From positions 90,026,001 through 90,090,000 of the forward strand of contig OZ076409.1 of assembly GCA_964187785.1 (NCBI GenBank): 64,000 nucleotides of DNA, given 5' to 3'. Positions within the stretch are counted from its first letter, which is position 1. Every line of letters starts with the position of its first letter. Positions 49,551-62,157 of this stretch are shown here, piece after piece. A program made the position numbers and the translations under genes. Origin of the DNA: Amphiscolops sp. MND2022 (lineage: Eukaryota). The notes beneath the pieces are model-generated. The model had not been told where the DNA came from. It ran no database searches and was given only the letters and a program-made list of their open reading frames with translations.

Positions 49551-49972
49551 GGGGAATTCCCACACAGCAGAAGTCTCAAACAGCAGAAAATGAAAATTCG
49601 GTCCCATTCAGCAGAATATTTCTTTATGCTGCAATCTGATTGGCTGAAATTTCAAATCGAATTGAATTCACCATGATGAAAACGCGTGTCAGATTTTGTC
49701 GGAATTATTATTATAACGTAGTCAGATATGTTCACATACCCCTAGTGCCCTAAATGCAGGAGCGAAGCGAAGCGGAGCGACGTGCCATATGGCCATGCCT
49801 CAATGTTGCTACTTGGCGAAGGGAGCGAAGCGACCGAGCCATACAACAAATATGCAAACCTTTTCAAATAAATCAAGTTTCTACATACTGGCTGTAACAA
49901 CACTAAAAGCTAGTAATTTGAATTCTGCTGTATGGGACCGAATTTTCATTTTCTGCTGTATGAATAGGCCCC
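49551..49972. mobile_element. GG..CC MITE with 8-bp TSD (Merlin-like, third TIR type), shared core at 49714-49865
   Basis: Imperfect TIR GGGG......CA.ACAGCAGAA; TSD ATTTTGTA at 49543-49550 and 49973-49980. Confidence 0.8.
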
Positions 49973-51136
49973 ATTTTGTATGACGTGCACTTTTCTGCAT
50001 TGCTTTTCTACATTGCTTACGCAGTAACAAAAATATGAGCGAAGGAATTTAGAACAAAATAGCTTGCCTGCCAAGCCTTTACAGCCTTTATACTGTTCAT
50101 AGTCTACATGCAGTAGTACATGCACCACTGGCGCAACCGAGGGGGGATATACATGTAGAGGTAGAAAAGACGTTTGCTGATGTGAAGAACTAACAAAGGA
50201 CAAGAACGACTTCAGACCGATGTGAAATTCATACAGTGATTCGGTACGAGAGTTTAATGTAACTTGTGACTCGTTCCTCCAATCTAGTCAGAGGAACATT
50301 TGAAATTTGTGCTTCCCGAGTCCACAACATCCACTTGGTTGTAGAACAAATTGCATGGACATTGTATTCTTGTAGATGGAAGAAAAAAAACGAATTCTTA
50401 CAAGCGCAAGAATGAAAAAGTCTAACAACGTAATTGCTGCAGTCGCTAGCATGTAAGAAGGGCTGAAACTTACTATACAGTGCTATAGCTGCGGACATGC
50501 CTAGAAAGTCTTGTTTCAAGGAAGTGTGGGAGTCTGTGAGAAACGAACCAAATGTTTCAAAAGTAATATTTGTTGTTTTTAAAGCAGCAGAAAAAGTTCG
50601 TTAAAAAGTTTTCGAAAGTCATGAATTCGAGAATTTGTGACCAGTTTGAAGCCATCATCTCAATTCTGCAACCAAACATGGTATCGATTCATCACGATTC
50701 ATCACACAGTAATCAACGCCTCATTTGTTCTTTATCTTCAAGAAATTGTCCTGCAAAGTTTGTTTTGACAAAAGTGGACTAAAACTGTCAACCAAAACGT
50801 TTTCCACACTTTCTTGGATAAATTACATTGAAAACACTTATTTTTGAACCATGCAACTTTGAATTATGATCATGGTTTGTGGAAGTTTCCATTCTATTTG
50901 GATTAGTCTTGGGCGAATCTACTGTTTTTGAAAAGGGGAGTTCCCTTGTTTCATGAAAACAACTGGTGAGAGTTACAAAAATACAGCAGTGCCGCTTCTA
51001 GTTTTTTTCAGACGCACATTGATACTGCTCGCACTATCAGCAACACTATCATTCCTTGAAGTGTAGATAAAGAACGTCATCAAGTACATGACAGCCTGTT
51101 GTAAAATAGTTACGTGTTCATCCAACTATTTCTGTG

Positions 51137-51362
51137 TATTATTTTCCGCCCACATAAATGGGGGAAGAATATCATGATCTGTGTTGCGTTTTTTCTAAAT
51201 TCTGCCAACTTTTTAAAATCTGGTGCTTATAAAAGGAGCTGCCATTTGGCTGTATCCGAAATTGCTGTCATAGTTATATACGAAGTAAATTGCGTTTTAC
51301 TTAAGATGGAAGCAAAAATTCGAAAATATTGTGCTATTCGGTGCATAGCGGGCGTCTTGTTT
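51137..51362 (+). mobile_element. Short deletion derivative of HINE-like family B
   Basis: TATTATTTTCCGCCCA..TGGGGGAAGAATA at the start and GCGGGCGTCTTGTT at the end. Confidence 0.55.
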
Positions 51363-52149
51363 TCATTCACTTTCTCTTGAAACAACTTACAAAACCATGA
51401 CTACAAAACTTACAAAATCTCTATGAATGTTTCGTATGGGTCACGACTTCGCTCTTGCTTTAAAGTCTTTTCTCACAGAAATTGGTTAATCAATTTTTAA
51501 GTCGAGCGAGATCTATGCCTCATATCTATGCCATACTTTCACTCATATCATTTGAATCTTCAAAGTTTTGTTGGTCACATGGTGTCGATTTCTCTTTTGA
51601 TTGCTATTTTGAAGCAGGGGCATGACCAACAGTGAAGTTTTATCTATCGTTCAACCAAATTAAAAGAAATTGGTGGTTATTATTGATCGACTGCAACAAA
51701 ACGTAAATCAAATATATTGTAGGACAACATGTCCAGCAATCTATCACACTGAGGTTCAATTTGTAAAATTGTCCCTTAGGACCTGGTGCCGTGGAAGGCA
51801 TACCATAATTAGCATGACACTCTGAATTTCGAGATCTTACGGACTAAAAGCAAGTGATTCATCGCCGTTACGTCACCAACGGATGTATTTCTATGAATAC
51901 CCAGTGTTCGAACCCATGGTACCCTTGCCAAGATCCATGGCAAGTTCCATACTAGCCTTGCCAAGATCTTGCTATGATCTTGTCAAGGATACCATGGCCA
52001 TGCAAGATCGTGCAAAGGCTAACCATGATTAACTCTGATCTTGGCAAAGGTTCCATGGTACAATAAGCGAAAATTTTGGAAAAATCAGAGCTCTTTTTTT
52101 TTTCAAATTGTTTCAGTCCAAGTACGTTGTTTAAGGTTTCTAGAATCAC

Positions 52150-54690
52150 ACCGTTTTTTTCTTCGAGTTTGAATGAATTAGTTAAGATTATAAACAGTTT
52201 CCCAATCTTGGATGAAAACTGTCTTGATGATGAATTATTAAAAAAGAAAATAGCTTATCATTATGAATACTTTACTCCAAGCACCTTCGGTAACCTCGAC
52301 AATTTCGAAGAATCACTCAATCTAACAAAGGACGATTTTTGGTCAAAACTAAAACAAGAAACCACTCCATATGAAGAAATTAACCGTACACAAGAAATTA
52401 ATAAAAATATAAAATAAAGTATGAAAAAGAATTAACTATGTTCTATTCAAATGGATGTTCTACAATTAGCTGATGTCTTTGAGAACTTTGTTGAGAAGTT
52501 TTCTCTCATGTATGGTATTAATCCACTATACTCTTACTCAGAACAAGGTTATACATAGAAAGCTGGTTTAAAAATGACCAAAATCAAACTAGTTTTTATA
52601 AAAGATAAAGAATTATCATTATTTTTAGAAAACAAAATACGTGAAGGATATTCGAGTGATATGGGAGATAGGCATGTTGTATTGGATGTCAAAAAACAAA
52701 TTGTATACGTTGATGCAAATAATCTATATGGATGGGCTATGTCCCAGTATCTTCCTACTGGCGAATTCGAAAAATTACAGCTTTGTTGGGTACCTTTTAA
52801 TCCGAATACCGAACAAAGCTGTAATTACAATCTAGAGCAGTTAGTACAAGATTTATTACAAATTCCAGACAACAACACATATGGATTCTTTATATTATGT
52901 GATTGAGAATATCCAGCTGATATCAAAGAAAAAAGTGAAAACTTTCATTTATGTCCTTATCAAGTTGAAGCTAATTGTGAGTTTTTTCAGATTTAATGAA
53001 CTCTGTTAAACAACCGAAATACAAACCAACCCAGACGCTTGTGTGTGAACTGACAAACAAACAAAAATTATGATGCATTACAAGATGTTCAAGTTTAACA
53101 TCAACCAAGGGATGAAAGTAACAAAACTTCATACAAATCATAAGTTCAAGCAAAGTCCATGGTTAGCAAAATACATTGATCATAACACCCAAAAACGCAC
53201 CAAAGCAAAAACAAACTTTGAAAAAGACCTGTACAAATTAATGAACAATGCTTCCTTTGGGAAGACTATGGAAAACGTAAGAGACCGTGTTAATCTAGAA
53301 TTCATTGATCATTCTCAAATAGACCAAATAATAAAAAGACAGTCCAAGTTAAGCTTCAAAGGAGTCATCAACTGGTATCAAACTTTTAGTGTGTACAAGT
53401 TTGATAAAGAAAAAAACAGTTTTTGATAAACCACTTTATTTGGGGTTCTCTGTTTTAGAACTATCCAAACTATTATTGTATGAATTTTATTATAAACGTT
53501 TAGAACCATATTGGCAAAATAAAGTACATTTACATTATATGGATACTGACAGTTTCGTTCTTAGTTTTAATGCAAACAACCAACAATTGTTAGAGTTTCT
53601 AGAACGAAACAAAGATGAATTCGATTTCAGTGAAGAAGATAAATCTCATGAATTATATGATCCTATTAGTCAACAAGTAATTGGAAATTTGAAAGTTGAA
53701 ACAAGTCCAGTTTTGTTGTTAGATAGCTGCAAAGCTTTACGATCAAAGTCATATTCTTTTCGTTACATTGCCGGAGGCGCTTTGCGTGCAAATACAATTC
53801 AAAAAGGAAAACAAAAAGGAATACAACATACTCCACGAAACATGGAACACATAGAAAGTTTGTTTAATTCCGAAACAAAGTATTGTGAATTGATATGAAA
53901 AATTTAGTGTGTACAAAATTGATAAAGAAAAAACACACTTCAACAAACCAATTTATTTAGGTTTTACAGTTTTAGAACTATCAAAACTATTATTGTATGA
54001 TTTTTTTAAAAACGTTTAGAACCATATTGGCAAAATAAAGTACATTTACATTCTATGGATACTGACAGTTTCGTTCTTAGTTTTATTGCAAACAACCAAC
54101 AATTGTTAGAGTTTCTAGAACGAAACAAAGATGACTTTGATGCTAGTGAATTAGATAAATCTCATGAATTATAGGATCCTATTAACAAAAAAGTTATAAG
54201 AAAAATGAAAATTGAAACAAGTCCGGTATTAGTGTTAGATAGCTTCACAGATTTACGATCAAAGTCTTATTCTTTTTCGTAGTACAGAAAGCAAAACGAA
54301 AAGGAATACAAAAAGCCTCTGACTAAGAAGATTACATTCGTTGTTTGTTTAATTCTGAAAAATCAAATGCAACAAATTATTCAATTCGTTCACTTTTACA
54401 TCAATTATCAGTTGAACAACGAAACAAACTAGTTTTGATTTCTTTTGACGATAAGCGTATGTACTTAAATCCATTACAAAGTTTACCATGTGATAAACAC
54501 ACTCAACAAGGCGATTGTCCATGTCTATAATGTTTGAAGTTTAGACTTTTATATCATAAAGAAATATGCGAAGCCAGCAAAACCAATGAAACAATTTATT
54601 TAAACGTTTGGTATTGGAAACAAAATTTAACCCATCAACAGCTTTTAAAACTGATAAGTGATCGAGCACATCTTCTATACTTATATATAA
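52150..54690 (+). pseudogene. Protein-primed family B DNA polymerase (pPolB), fragmented, with a duplicated C-terminal segment
   Basis: Motif A YVDANNLYGWAMSQYLP, motif B YKLMNNASFGKT, motif C YMDTDS; the segment ~53385-53880 is repeated at ~53903-54360. Confidence 0.92.
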
Positions 54691-54781
54691 AATTTTATAT
54701 ATGTATTAATATCATTTTATATTTTTTCATTTGTTTTGTAAACATTATTTCAATATCATTTTATATCATAAATTTATTTAT

Positions 54782-56012
54782 TTAAATTGAATCGAAATGC
54801 TTTTGCCCATCACTATTAATACATATTACCTTAGGTGCTAGGACCGGGCATAAGCTATATAATCAGCTACATCAATGGCAGCACAATATTATAAATTCTA
54901 TTCTAAAAGGTTGACTCGCAATATGATATTTTTGTTTGGATACGTCTAATACAAAGAAATTATATTTCGTCCTGAATTCATGCAAATAAATAAATGGCCT
55001 CAATAGGTTAGTTTCCCTTTTTAACCGAAAGAAGTTTTCTATTTCTTGATATGCTTCACGGTAGTTGTCTCTCTCTTTAGTCATTATCAATTCCATCAAC
55101 AGGATATTTTTCGGATCCTATTTTACGAACAGCATTTGAACTAGGTAAACGATCAAAATCTGCATAATCAGGTGTTTGCGAATCAATTTTATTTCTAGCT
55201 TGAAATCCAAATAATACGAAAGTTGTTGTTGATTCTCCAATATTTCCCAAGTCAAAGGTCCAATTATTTTTATTGTTTACAGGTTTACATCTTTTCTAAA
55301 AACAATCCGTTCCGTGCAATAAAATTCAGTTGGATCTTTATTCAGTAACTGATCCATCATAAGCTGTTGCTTTTCTATGCTTGGTGTAAAGTGTGGAACA
55401 TACCAACCAATATCTTTTATAACAATTTTTGCAGCATCTGGTGCGTTGTCCCTGATAACAGGGTCGTTATTATTATTTCGTTTTGAAGTAAGAGTATAAC
55501 CCAAACCATTTTTTACTTTTTCTTGAACAGCAAACCCAAATAAATCAATTAGCTTGATGTTCACAAAGAATGTTCCTTTCTCTGTCTTATTGTTTGATAG
55601 TTCGTGTCTTCTGATAGCGACTGATTCTTCAAACCCGTACAATTATTTGCTGGTTTGTAATTGGGAAAATGAAAGTTTGTGCATTTTACTTATAATATGG
55701 AGGGTGTCAACTTTTTTCAAATTTTTCCCCGAACTGGTTGTCGGCTTAGCTTCACTAATTAAAGCATCAGGTTCAAAGGTAACTAGTGCTATGTGATCAC
55801 TATCTACATATCTTGTATCATCATCTTTCACTACTTCAAAATCTACCAATTTATATGAATTTTGAGAACACTTATATGCGTCCTCTCTTAACAAACTGAT
55901 TGAAATTTTTCAATTACTATTATTGATTGTCGCCCAACTATTTAGGCTATAATTTATGAAATTAATTTTATTATTAGGTTTATCAAGAGCATATTCATTT
56001 TTCAATGAAAAT
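54782..56012 (-). pseudogene. Polinton major capsid protein-like gene, fragmented
   Basis: FSLKNEY..INY S..TINN..LLREDAY..F; later GLGYTLT.KRNNNND, I.WYVPHFTPS, IGFQAR and F...YNFFVLD; ends INSDGQKHFDSI stop. Recognised by recall of Maverick capsid sequences. Confidence 0.7.
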
Positions 56013-56746
56013 AAATCCAAATAAACTAGAATAAAGTCATGATGATTTCAAACTTAAGCTGATATTATTTTTACTAAATACGCCTAAATAGCCCAGAAAA
56101 GAAACTCAGAATTCAGTTTGGTTCTATTTGTTTTACATACGTCGTATGTTTGTTTTAGTTTGTTGTGTTCAATCAGATCTGATTAATTGTCTTCTACACA
56201 CTTTGTGTGTAGCTTCTGGAAGTTGTTTAGAATTCCACCAGCAAGTGTATTTTTTTAAAAATTATGTTGTTCTTTTCGACTCAGATACTCACCAATAATT
56301 TTACAGAGTATACATACTCCTGCACCTATACCACTCGCGATGGGTACAACAACCAGTCCAACTCCGATAACCTTTAACGTGATACATTGTGAAAAAACGG
56401 TAAATATTAAAATTCCATCAAAAATGTGATATAAACCGAATTAAATGAAATTAAATGTCTCAGATTTTTTTTGTACTTTTTAGCTTCATGATTAGAAAAA
56501 ATTTTTATTATCTTTTTTATTTTGAAATGAATTATTGAAACTACTTATTTTTTTTCAATCGTATATCTAAACCATCTGGATGCACCGATTCGCGAGAACT
56601 AGGATATAATTTTTCACTCATTTATTCCAATTAAAAACTTGCATTTTTAATTTGCATTTAAGGATATCTTTGATATGTAAAAAGTTGATGAACTTTTGCA
56701 ATTAAGTTTTCAAAAAGTATGAAATTGAGCTCAGTATCGGTTAGTT

Positions 56747-57325
56747 TCATTCTTTATTTAAGGTCAACGATGTCTTTGTATTCATCTTTTTAAGCACTTC
56801 ACGATATCTTCTCTCGTTGAATAGTCTAAGTCTGATAAATAATACAAACCATCGGATGTTTGTATTTCTGTTCCGTTTTTTTTCAAGCAAGTATTCGTCT
56901 GTGAACATCAAATATGGTTCAAATGTTTGGTCTTTATTTCCAAATAAGTCAAACAATCCTTTATCAAATGATGATTGAATAGTATCATTGACTGCTTCAC
57001 TTTTACATTTTTCCAATTCTGAAATAAGGTTTCTCTCGAAGTGATTACGTAAAATATTTTGTTGTTCTTCTATTAATTTGGAGGCATCCAAAATATTATC
57101 GTTCTTCTTTTCTAATAAATTATTTTTATAATCTGGTTCTAAATATTTCAAATTTATTTTTATATATTCTATGTTTTTATTTAGATCTAAGAAAAACTTT
57201 GCATTGACTACTACCTTGGTTTCACTGTCGACAAAATAAATTTCTTGTACACGCAAGGCGCCTTCGGTATCATTGAGGTTATCAGTTTTATCATTATGTG
57301 TTTCTAATTTATCAGAAATATCCAT
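56747..57325 (-). CDS. Polinton hypothetical protein (192 aa, intact ORF)
   Basis: Uninterrupted ATG ORF between the integrase and the capsid gene; no motif recognised. Confidence 0.55.
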   Translation of the reverse strand: MDISDKLETHNDKTDNLNDTEGALRVQEIYFVDSETKVVVNAKFFLDLNKNIEYIKINLKYLEPDYKNNLLEKKNDNILDASKLIEEQQNILRNHFERNLISELEKCKSEAVNDTIQSSFDKGLFDLFGNKDQTFEPYLMFTDEYLLEKKRNRNTNIRWFVLFIRLRLFNERRYREVLKKMNTKTSLTLNKE

Positions 57326-57439
57326 GAGTTTTATGTTAGTTTTTTGGTTTGTGATTCCAATTCTTTTTCTAAAATCTCAATTTTATCTTTTTGCAAGCTC
57401 TCGGCACTATACCTTTTTTTATGAATTGCCATTATTTGT

Positions 57440-57700
57440 TTAGGTATACATACTCAAATTGATGGAAATTATTCATACTTTCTAACACCTTCTGGCTAGA
57501 TTTAAAAGTGAATACATTTCTTAACAGTCCTTGTTCATAATACTTTCTTTGAATAATTTCTCCATTTTCATCTTCTAGAGTATATGTTACTGGATTCCTT
57601 TTGTTAATTTTATGTATTTTAAAAAGATCTCTGTTCCCCTTTTTTGTATAACCTTTATAATATAAATTTCGTTTATCAGAAACTCTTACAAAAAATGGAA
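57440..57700 (-). pseudogene. Polinton integrase C-terminal part
   Basis: FVRVSDKRNLYYKGYT...LFKIHKI.K.NPVTYTLEDENGEIIQ.KYYEQ.LL, typical of the Maverick integrase C-terminus. Confidence 0.8.
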
Positions 57701-57726
57701 ATCAAGTAAATTAAAATTGGTATGTA

Positions 57727-58459
57727 TGTAACGTCAGGCAAGGGACGTTGCAGAAGTTCTTGAAAATTTCGACAATGTGCGGTATCAAACAAGCACATTC
57801 AAGATGGCCAACCCGGCAGGTACGAAAACCATAGAAGAAGCAAAATAAAGGCAAAACAACAACAGAAGACCCCACCCCCACCCAGGAACGCAATTGTCAG
57901 AGATGTCATCACCCAGAACGCGAGAAAATTAGGAATTGTGCTATCTGACAGCGAAAAGACAGGGTTTCGGCAGAAAAATGCCAAATGAGACCATTGTACC
58001 CGGAAGATGAGGAATGATGCCAGAGGCCATACTGATAACCAACCCTGAACTGTAATGTTATTGGGGCTTATCCCCGTGCTTTATTTCCGTTTACGGAGTA
58101 TTTGGATGATGTTTGATCTACTAGATCTGTATTTTAGAACTTATTCCCCCAACTTAATGTATTTCAGTTAGACACTTTTTTGGACCTTGGAAGTATGTAG
58201 GAGGTGGCAGGAATGTATGTTAGGAACCTAGGATACGTTTTTACAGGCTTGTGGGGGGTGTCCGGCCTTTGAGAGTGCCGGCACATCGCTTCGGAGCTCT
58301 AACTAGAGAAGCCTCCTTAGACGATAAAAACGTCCCCCTTGGAGACCATTTTGAGATCAAAAACTAGTGTCTAGGAATGTAGTAAGACAACGGTCTCCTG
58401 TTTAAGCATCCTAGGCATTGTCCCTCTTCCTAGATGTGCGTCGCTAGCCGGTCGTTAAA
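57727..58459 (+). repeat. 5' LTR
   Basis: TGTAACGTCAGGCAAGGG...GGTCGTTAAA; colinear with 62158-62905. Confidence 0.9.
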
Positions 58460-58858
58460 TCTGGAATAGTTTTTATGGCGACCACAGAGGGATATTGTTC
58501 ATTTTGCGTACAAGTAGGAGCAACTTTTGCTTTCCGGTCCCGGAATGTCCAGATCTAGGAAAACTTCCGGGAGAGTCCTAGATTATTTTTATTGCTTTTT
58601 TCAAGCCTTGTAGGCTTCCTTATAGCTGAATTCCTGTGTTTCCTGCATGTTTCCGAGGTATGGAATGAGATATACCTGATTTTCGGCAAAGTACCGTTTT
58701 GACACCGTTTCTGCTTACCGAGATTAACCATCCGGCTTAACCGGATTCAGTTTTGAAGGGTTTTGTAGCCTCATTTCAGCTTTGTTGTAATGTGTTGGGA
58801 CTGCAGGGACGTGGTGTGAGCGCCTCCACTAGCTGTGACGACGGAGTGACGTCCTTTA

Positions 58859-58930
58859 CGGCAACACCCTCTTGACCCACTGGTGGATCACTTCGGCAAC
58901 ACCCTCTTGACCCACCGGTGGATCACTTCG
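58859..58930. repeat. 35-bp tandem duplication in the LTR element leader
   Basis: CGGCAACACCCTCTTGACCCAC(T/C)GGTGGATCACTT x2. Confidence 0.85.
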
Positions 58931-61900
58931 AATCGGCTGGTTACAATCTCCTTTTTTTGTTTTAGTGGCTTTAAAAGCCTATTCCCAGGCGTACTTTCAA
59001 TAGTAGGAACTGAGAAAAATACCCATTGGGTATTCCGATTGTTTTTTGAAAAAATATAGCGAGCTAGCTATAACACCTGATATTGCTCGACTTTCCACTT
59101 GATTTCTCTCAAAAGCCAATTTTTTCGAAAGAGGGTACGGCCAGTGGAAATACAACAAAAACGTTCCATTAGACCTATCAAGTCAGGAACAGAAAAATTT
59201 GACAGGCTAAATTGCCAAAAACACCGAAATATTTAGCTATTTTTGTTTGAAAACGTCAAATTTGGACTTTGAGACGAAATTTGGTGAGGGCGAAGCCGTG
59301 TTCGTTTTTCTCAGAGCATTGCGAGTCACCTAAAACCCTTTTTCTAGAGCCAGATATTAAAAAACGTTATCGTCCAGCAGTTTTTTTGAGACCCTCCAAC
59401 GAAAAATTGAATAAGTCACCAGCAATTTTAATTGTTACATACAATAGCCGCCTATCGGTCATCATTAAATACGGAAACCAAAATTTTATGAGGAGGGTAC
59501 AGCTAACAAAAAAACAATAAAAACGTTATATTAAACCTGTTAGGTTGGGAACAGAAAAATTTGTTTGTCTAAATTGTTAAAACATCAAAACGATTAGCGA
59601 TTTTTGTTGAAAAAATATCAATTTTGGCCCAAAAGACCAAAATTGGTGAGGGCGAAGCCTTGAGCATTTGTTCTCAAGCTTTTAGATCAGCCCAAAAACA
59701 TTGTTCCCGAGCTCGGTAGTATAAAACACTACTGCCAAGACACTTTCTAGCATCCCCCAATATAAATTGATACTTCAACCCTTGAATTTCTTTGATATAC
59801 ACAGACCTGAGTAGAGGACCCCATAGACCTGAGAGTTATAACGTCAAAACTAATGATTGAAACAACATCAGTCCCCTGAAGAAAATTACTACACTTTGTT
59901 AGATTACGTTTACAACTATCCTGAACAACTGAGAACCGAGATATAAAAAGTTGCTAGGGAAAATACGTATTTTTCACATTGTTCCCAGAGTGTAAAAGGT
60001 GTAACTTGAAAATTTTTTGAGAGTCTGTGTTTGGAACCTACTAGATTTCGCTTGCCTATTTTCTGTTAGTATAAAATAAAACGTTGCAAACGCAGAAAAG
60101 CGCGAGTGATTCCATCCAGTGGTTGCTGAGAAATAGCCAAAAACGTGCTACTTTTGCGACATTTTGGGAATTCGGCAATCACGTACTTTTGACGAGTCGA
60201 AATCGCTCCTAGCAGGAAAAGCCAAAAACGGATTGCACCATCGTGTAGAGCACAAAAATTTATGCTAGTAGCGTGATTTTGGTGGCGCTACTGTCAATAC
60301 TGGTGAAAAAATCTTAGCCGTAGTTTTGCTCAAAAAATGCACAAAATTGCCAAAAGTGCGGAATTTTAGTTAAGCACAGTGAAATACCTTGCAGGTATCC
60401 CAGCACTAAAATTCTTGCGTTTTTGTACGTACGGCACTCGATCCCAACGATTTGTGCAATTTGAGCAGCCCGCGGCTTGCCAAAGTTGAAAAATTGTCAT
60501 TTTCGTGAATTTTGATTCGAAAAAGTGGTACCTCAGGTACATCATAGTTTTGTCCCCGGAAATGCCTGTTGACGAAAAAATTGTTGATTTTGCAGTTTTG
60601 CGTGACAAATTGCACACTTTTTGTCATTGTACGTGCCAATGAGGGCCCAAACAACATCACGAGCATACCAGACGCGCTCAGCACGCTCTGTTGAAATTTT
60701 TTGATTAGCGCTAAACCGACCCTAAGATCTCGGGTCTCTGAGAAAACGGTCTACTAGACATAGAGGTGACAAACCAAAAATCCAAATTTGCCTCCTGACT
60801 GCTATCAAAGTCACCCAAGTGCAAATTATTCGTTGTGAACACGCATGCTCTGTACCTTGTGTACTCTGTGGGTTATGGAGCTCGTTTATAGGCACTTTTA
60901 GAGATTCAGACTTTGAACGCAGTGCGTCTCAAAACAGAACATCAAGTACAGTAGTGACTATCATAGTTGAAAAAGAACGCTTTTTCTGATCGTACTACGA
61001 TCGTAAGGCAAGAAAGCACTTCAAACTCAATGTCCTTCCTCTTACTCACCCCCAAAGCCTATTCTCAGTCCCTGATCACTTTTACGTCCTTACTTGTGCT
61101 CTCCAGAGACAGGGCAGCATGAGTGACGAACAGACTTTTCAGACAATCTAGCATCTATAGCCAAGCAGGCTTCTCAAAAAATCCGTGTTCGTTGCTCGAT
61201 TCATGCGTGAGGTGTACCTCGGTTCTCGGTACCGCAGTTGTGTGAACCATGTCGATGTGAATACACCGGACAACAAATTGGCCCGGGGAGTACTTGTACT
61301 CTCCCGAGAGAAATCAGCACCAAGCATGATGAAACACCCAGAGCTTCGAAGCTCTGAGAACTGCTTGGCCAGCGGCCGTGCTTTTAGAACTTGAAGGATT
61401 GCTCTGGAACTTGTTTTTAATGCCAAAGACTGTTTTCATGATCTATAATACCTAATTTTTAACTTTTATTGGATCTGCTCTTTCATCGCTATTGACATTG
61501 TCATCCTCTTGAGAAACAATTTATTTCCATCTCTTGCATATACATTTGTGCTTGTACCACCTAGACGATACCTTTATCAGAGTGTACACTGCTAACACAA
61601 TGAACTGAATGGGTCCTCACTTTTAGTGATGTTTTTAATTTTTGAGCTCTGTTTTCCCATTGGTGCTAGTTTTTGTGCAGTTTCTGTTAGCCATGAACTA
61701 CGACCCTTTTGCAAGACCACAGCTGTTACTTTTGTTTTCCGCTTCTTAAGTGCTATCGTGCATTTTGTAGAACCTGACCTATGAGGTGGGTCCCCGGCCT
61801 ATGCCAAATCTGTTCTGATGAGTGCTTTTTATAGTTATACAGTTTCGGTAACACAAAGTGCTAGTAATTTTGGTGCGAAAATAAAAGTTTGAAAATGTTT

Positions 61901-62157
61901 TGAATACAATGCTGAATGTCTAAAGTTGCTAAAAGTATTCCAATGCTAGGACTCGGTGGGTGTGGAATCCAAGGAACCCTGCTAGGCTGGCAAAAACTCA
62001 TGTTTTTGGGCAGTAACGTGTTTTTGGGCAGTGACTTCCAGTTGAATTCCAGACGCACCATGTTGCAACAGTATCACTGGATCACAGGATGATGGCAACC
62101 AAGATGTGAACGTCCTCTCTCGTTTGTCGAGGACGACAAACTACGGCCCGGGGAGGA

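Noticed and set aside
50229..51100. Possible decayed transposase (HFCQ-like motif)
   Set aside because: A single short resemblance with no TIR/TSD or catalytic residues identified.
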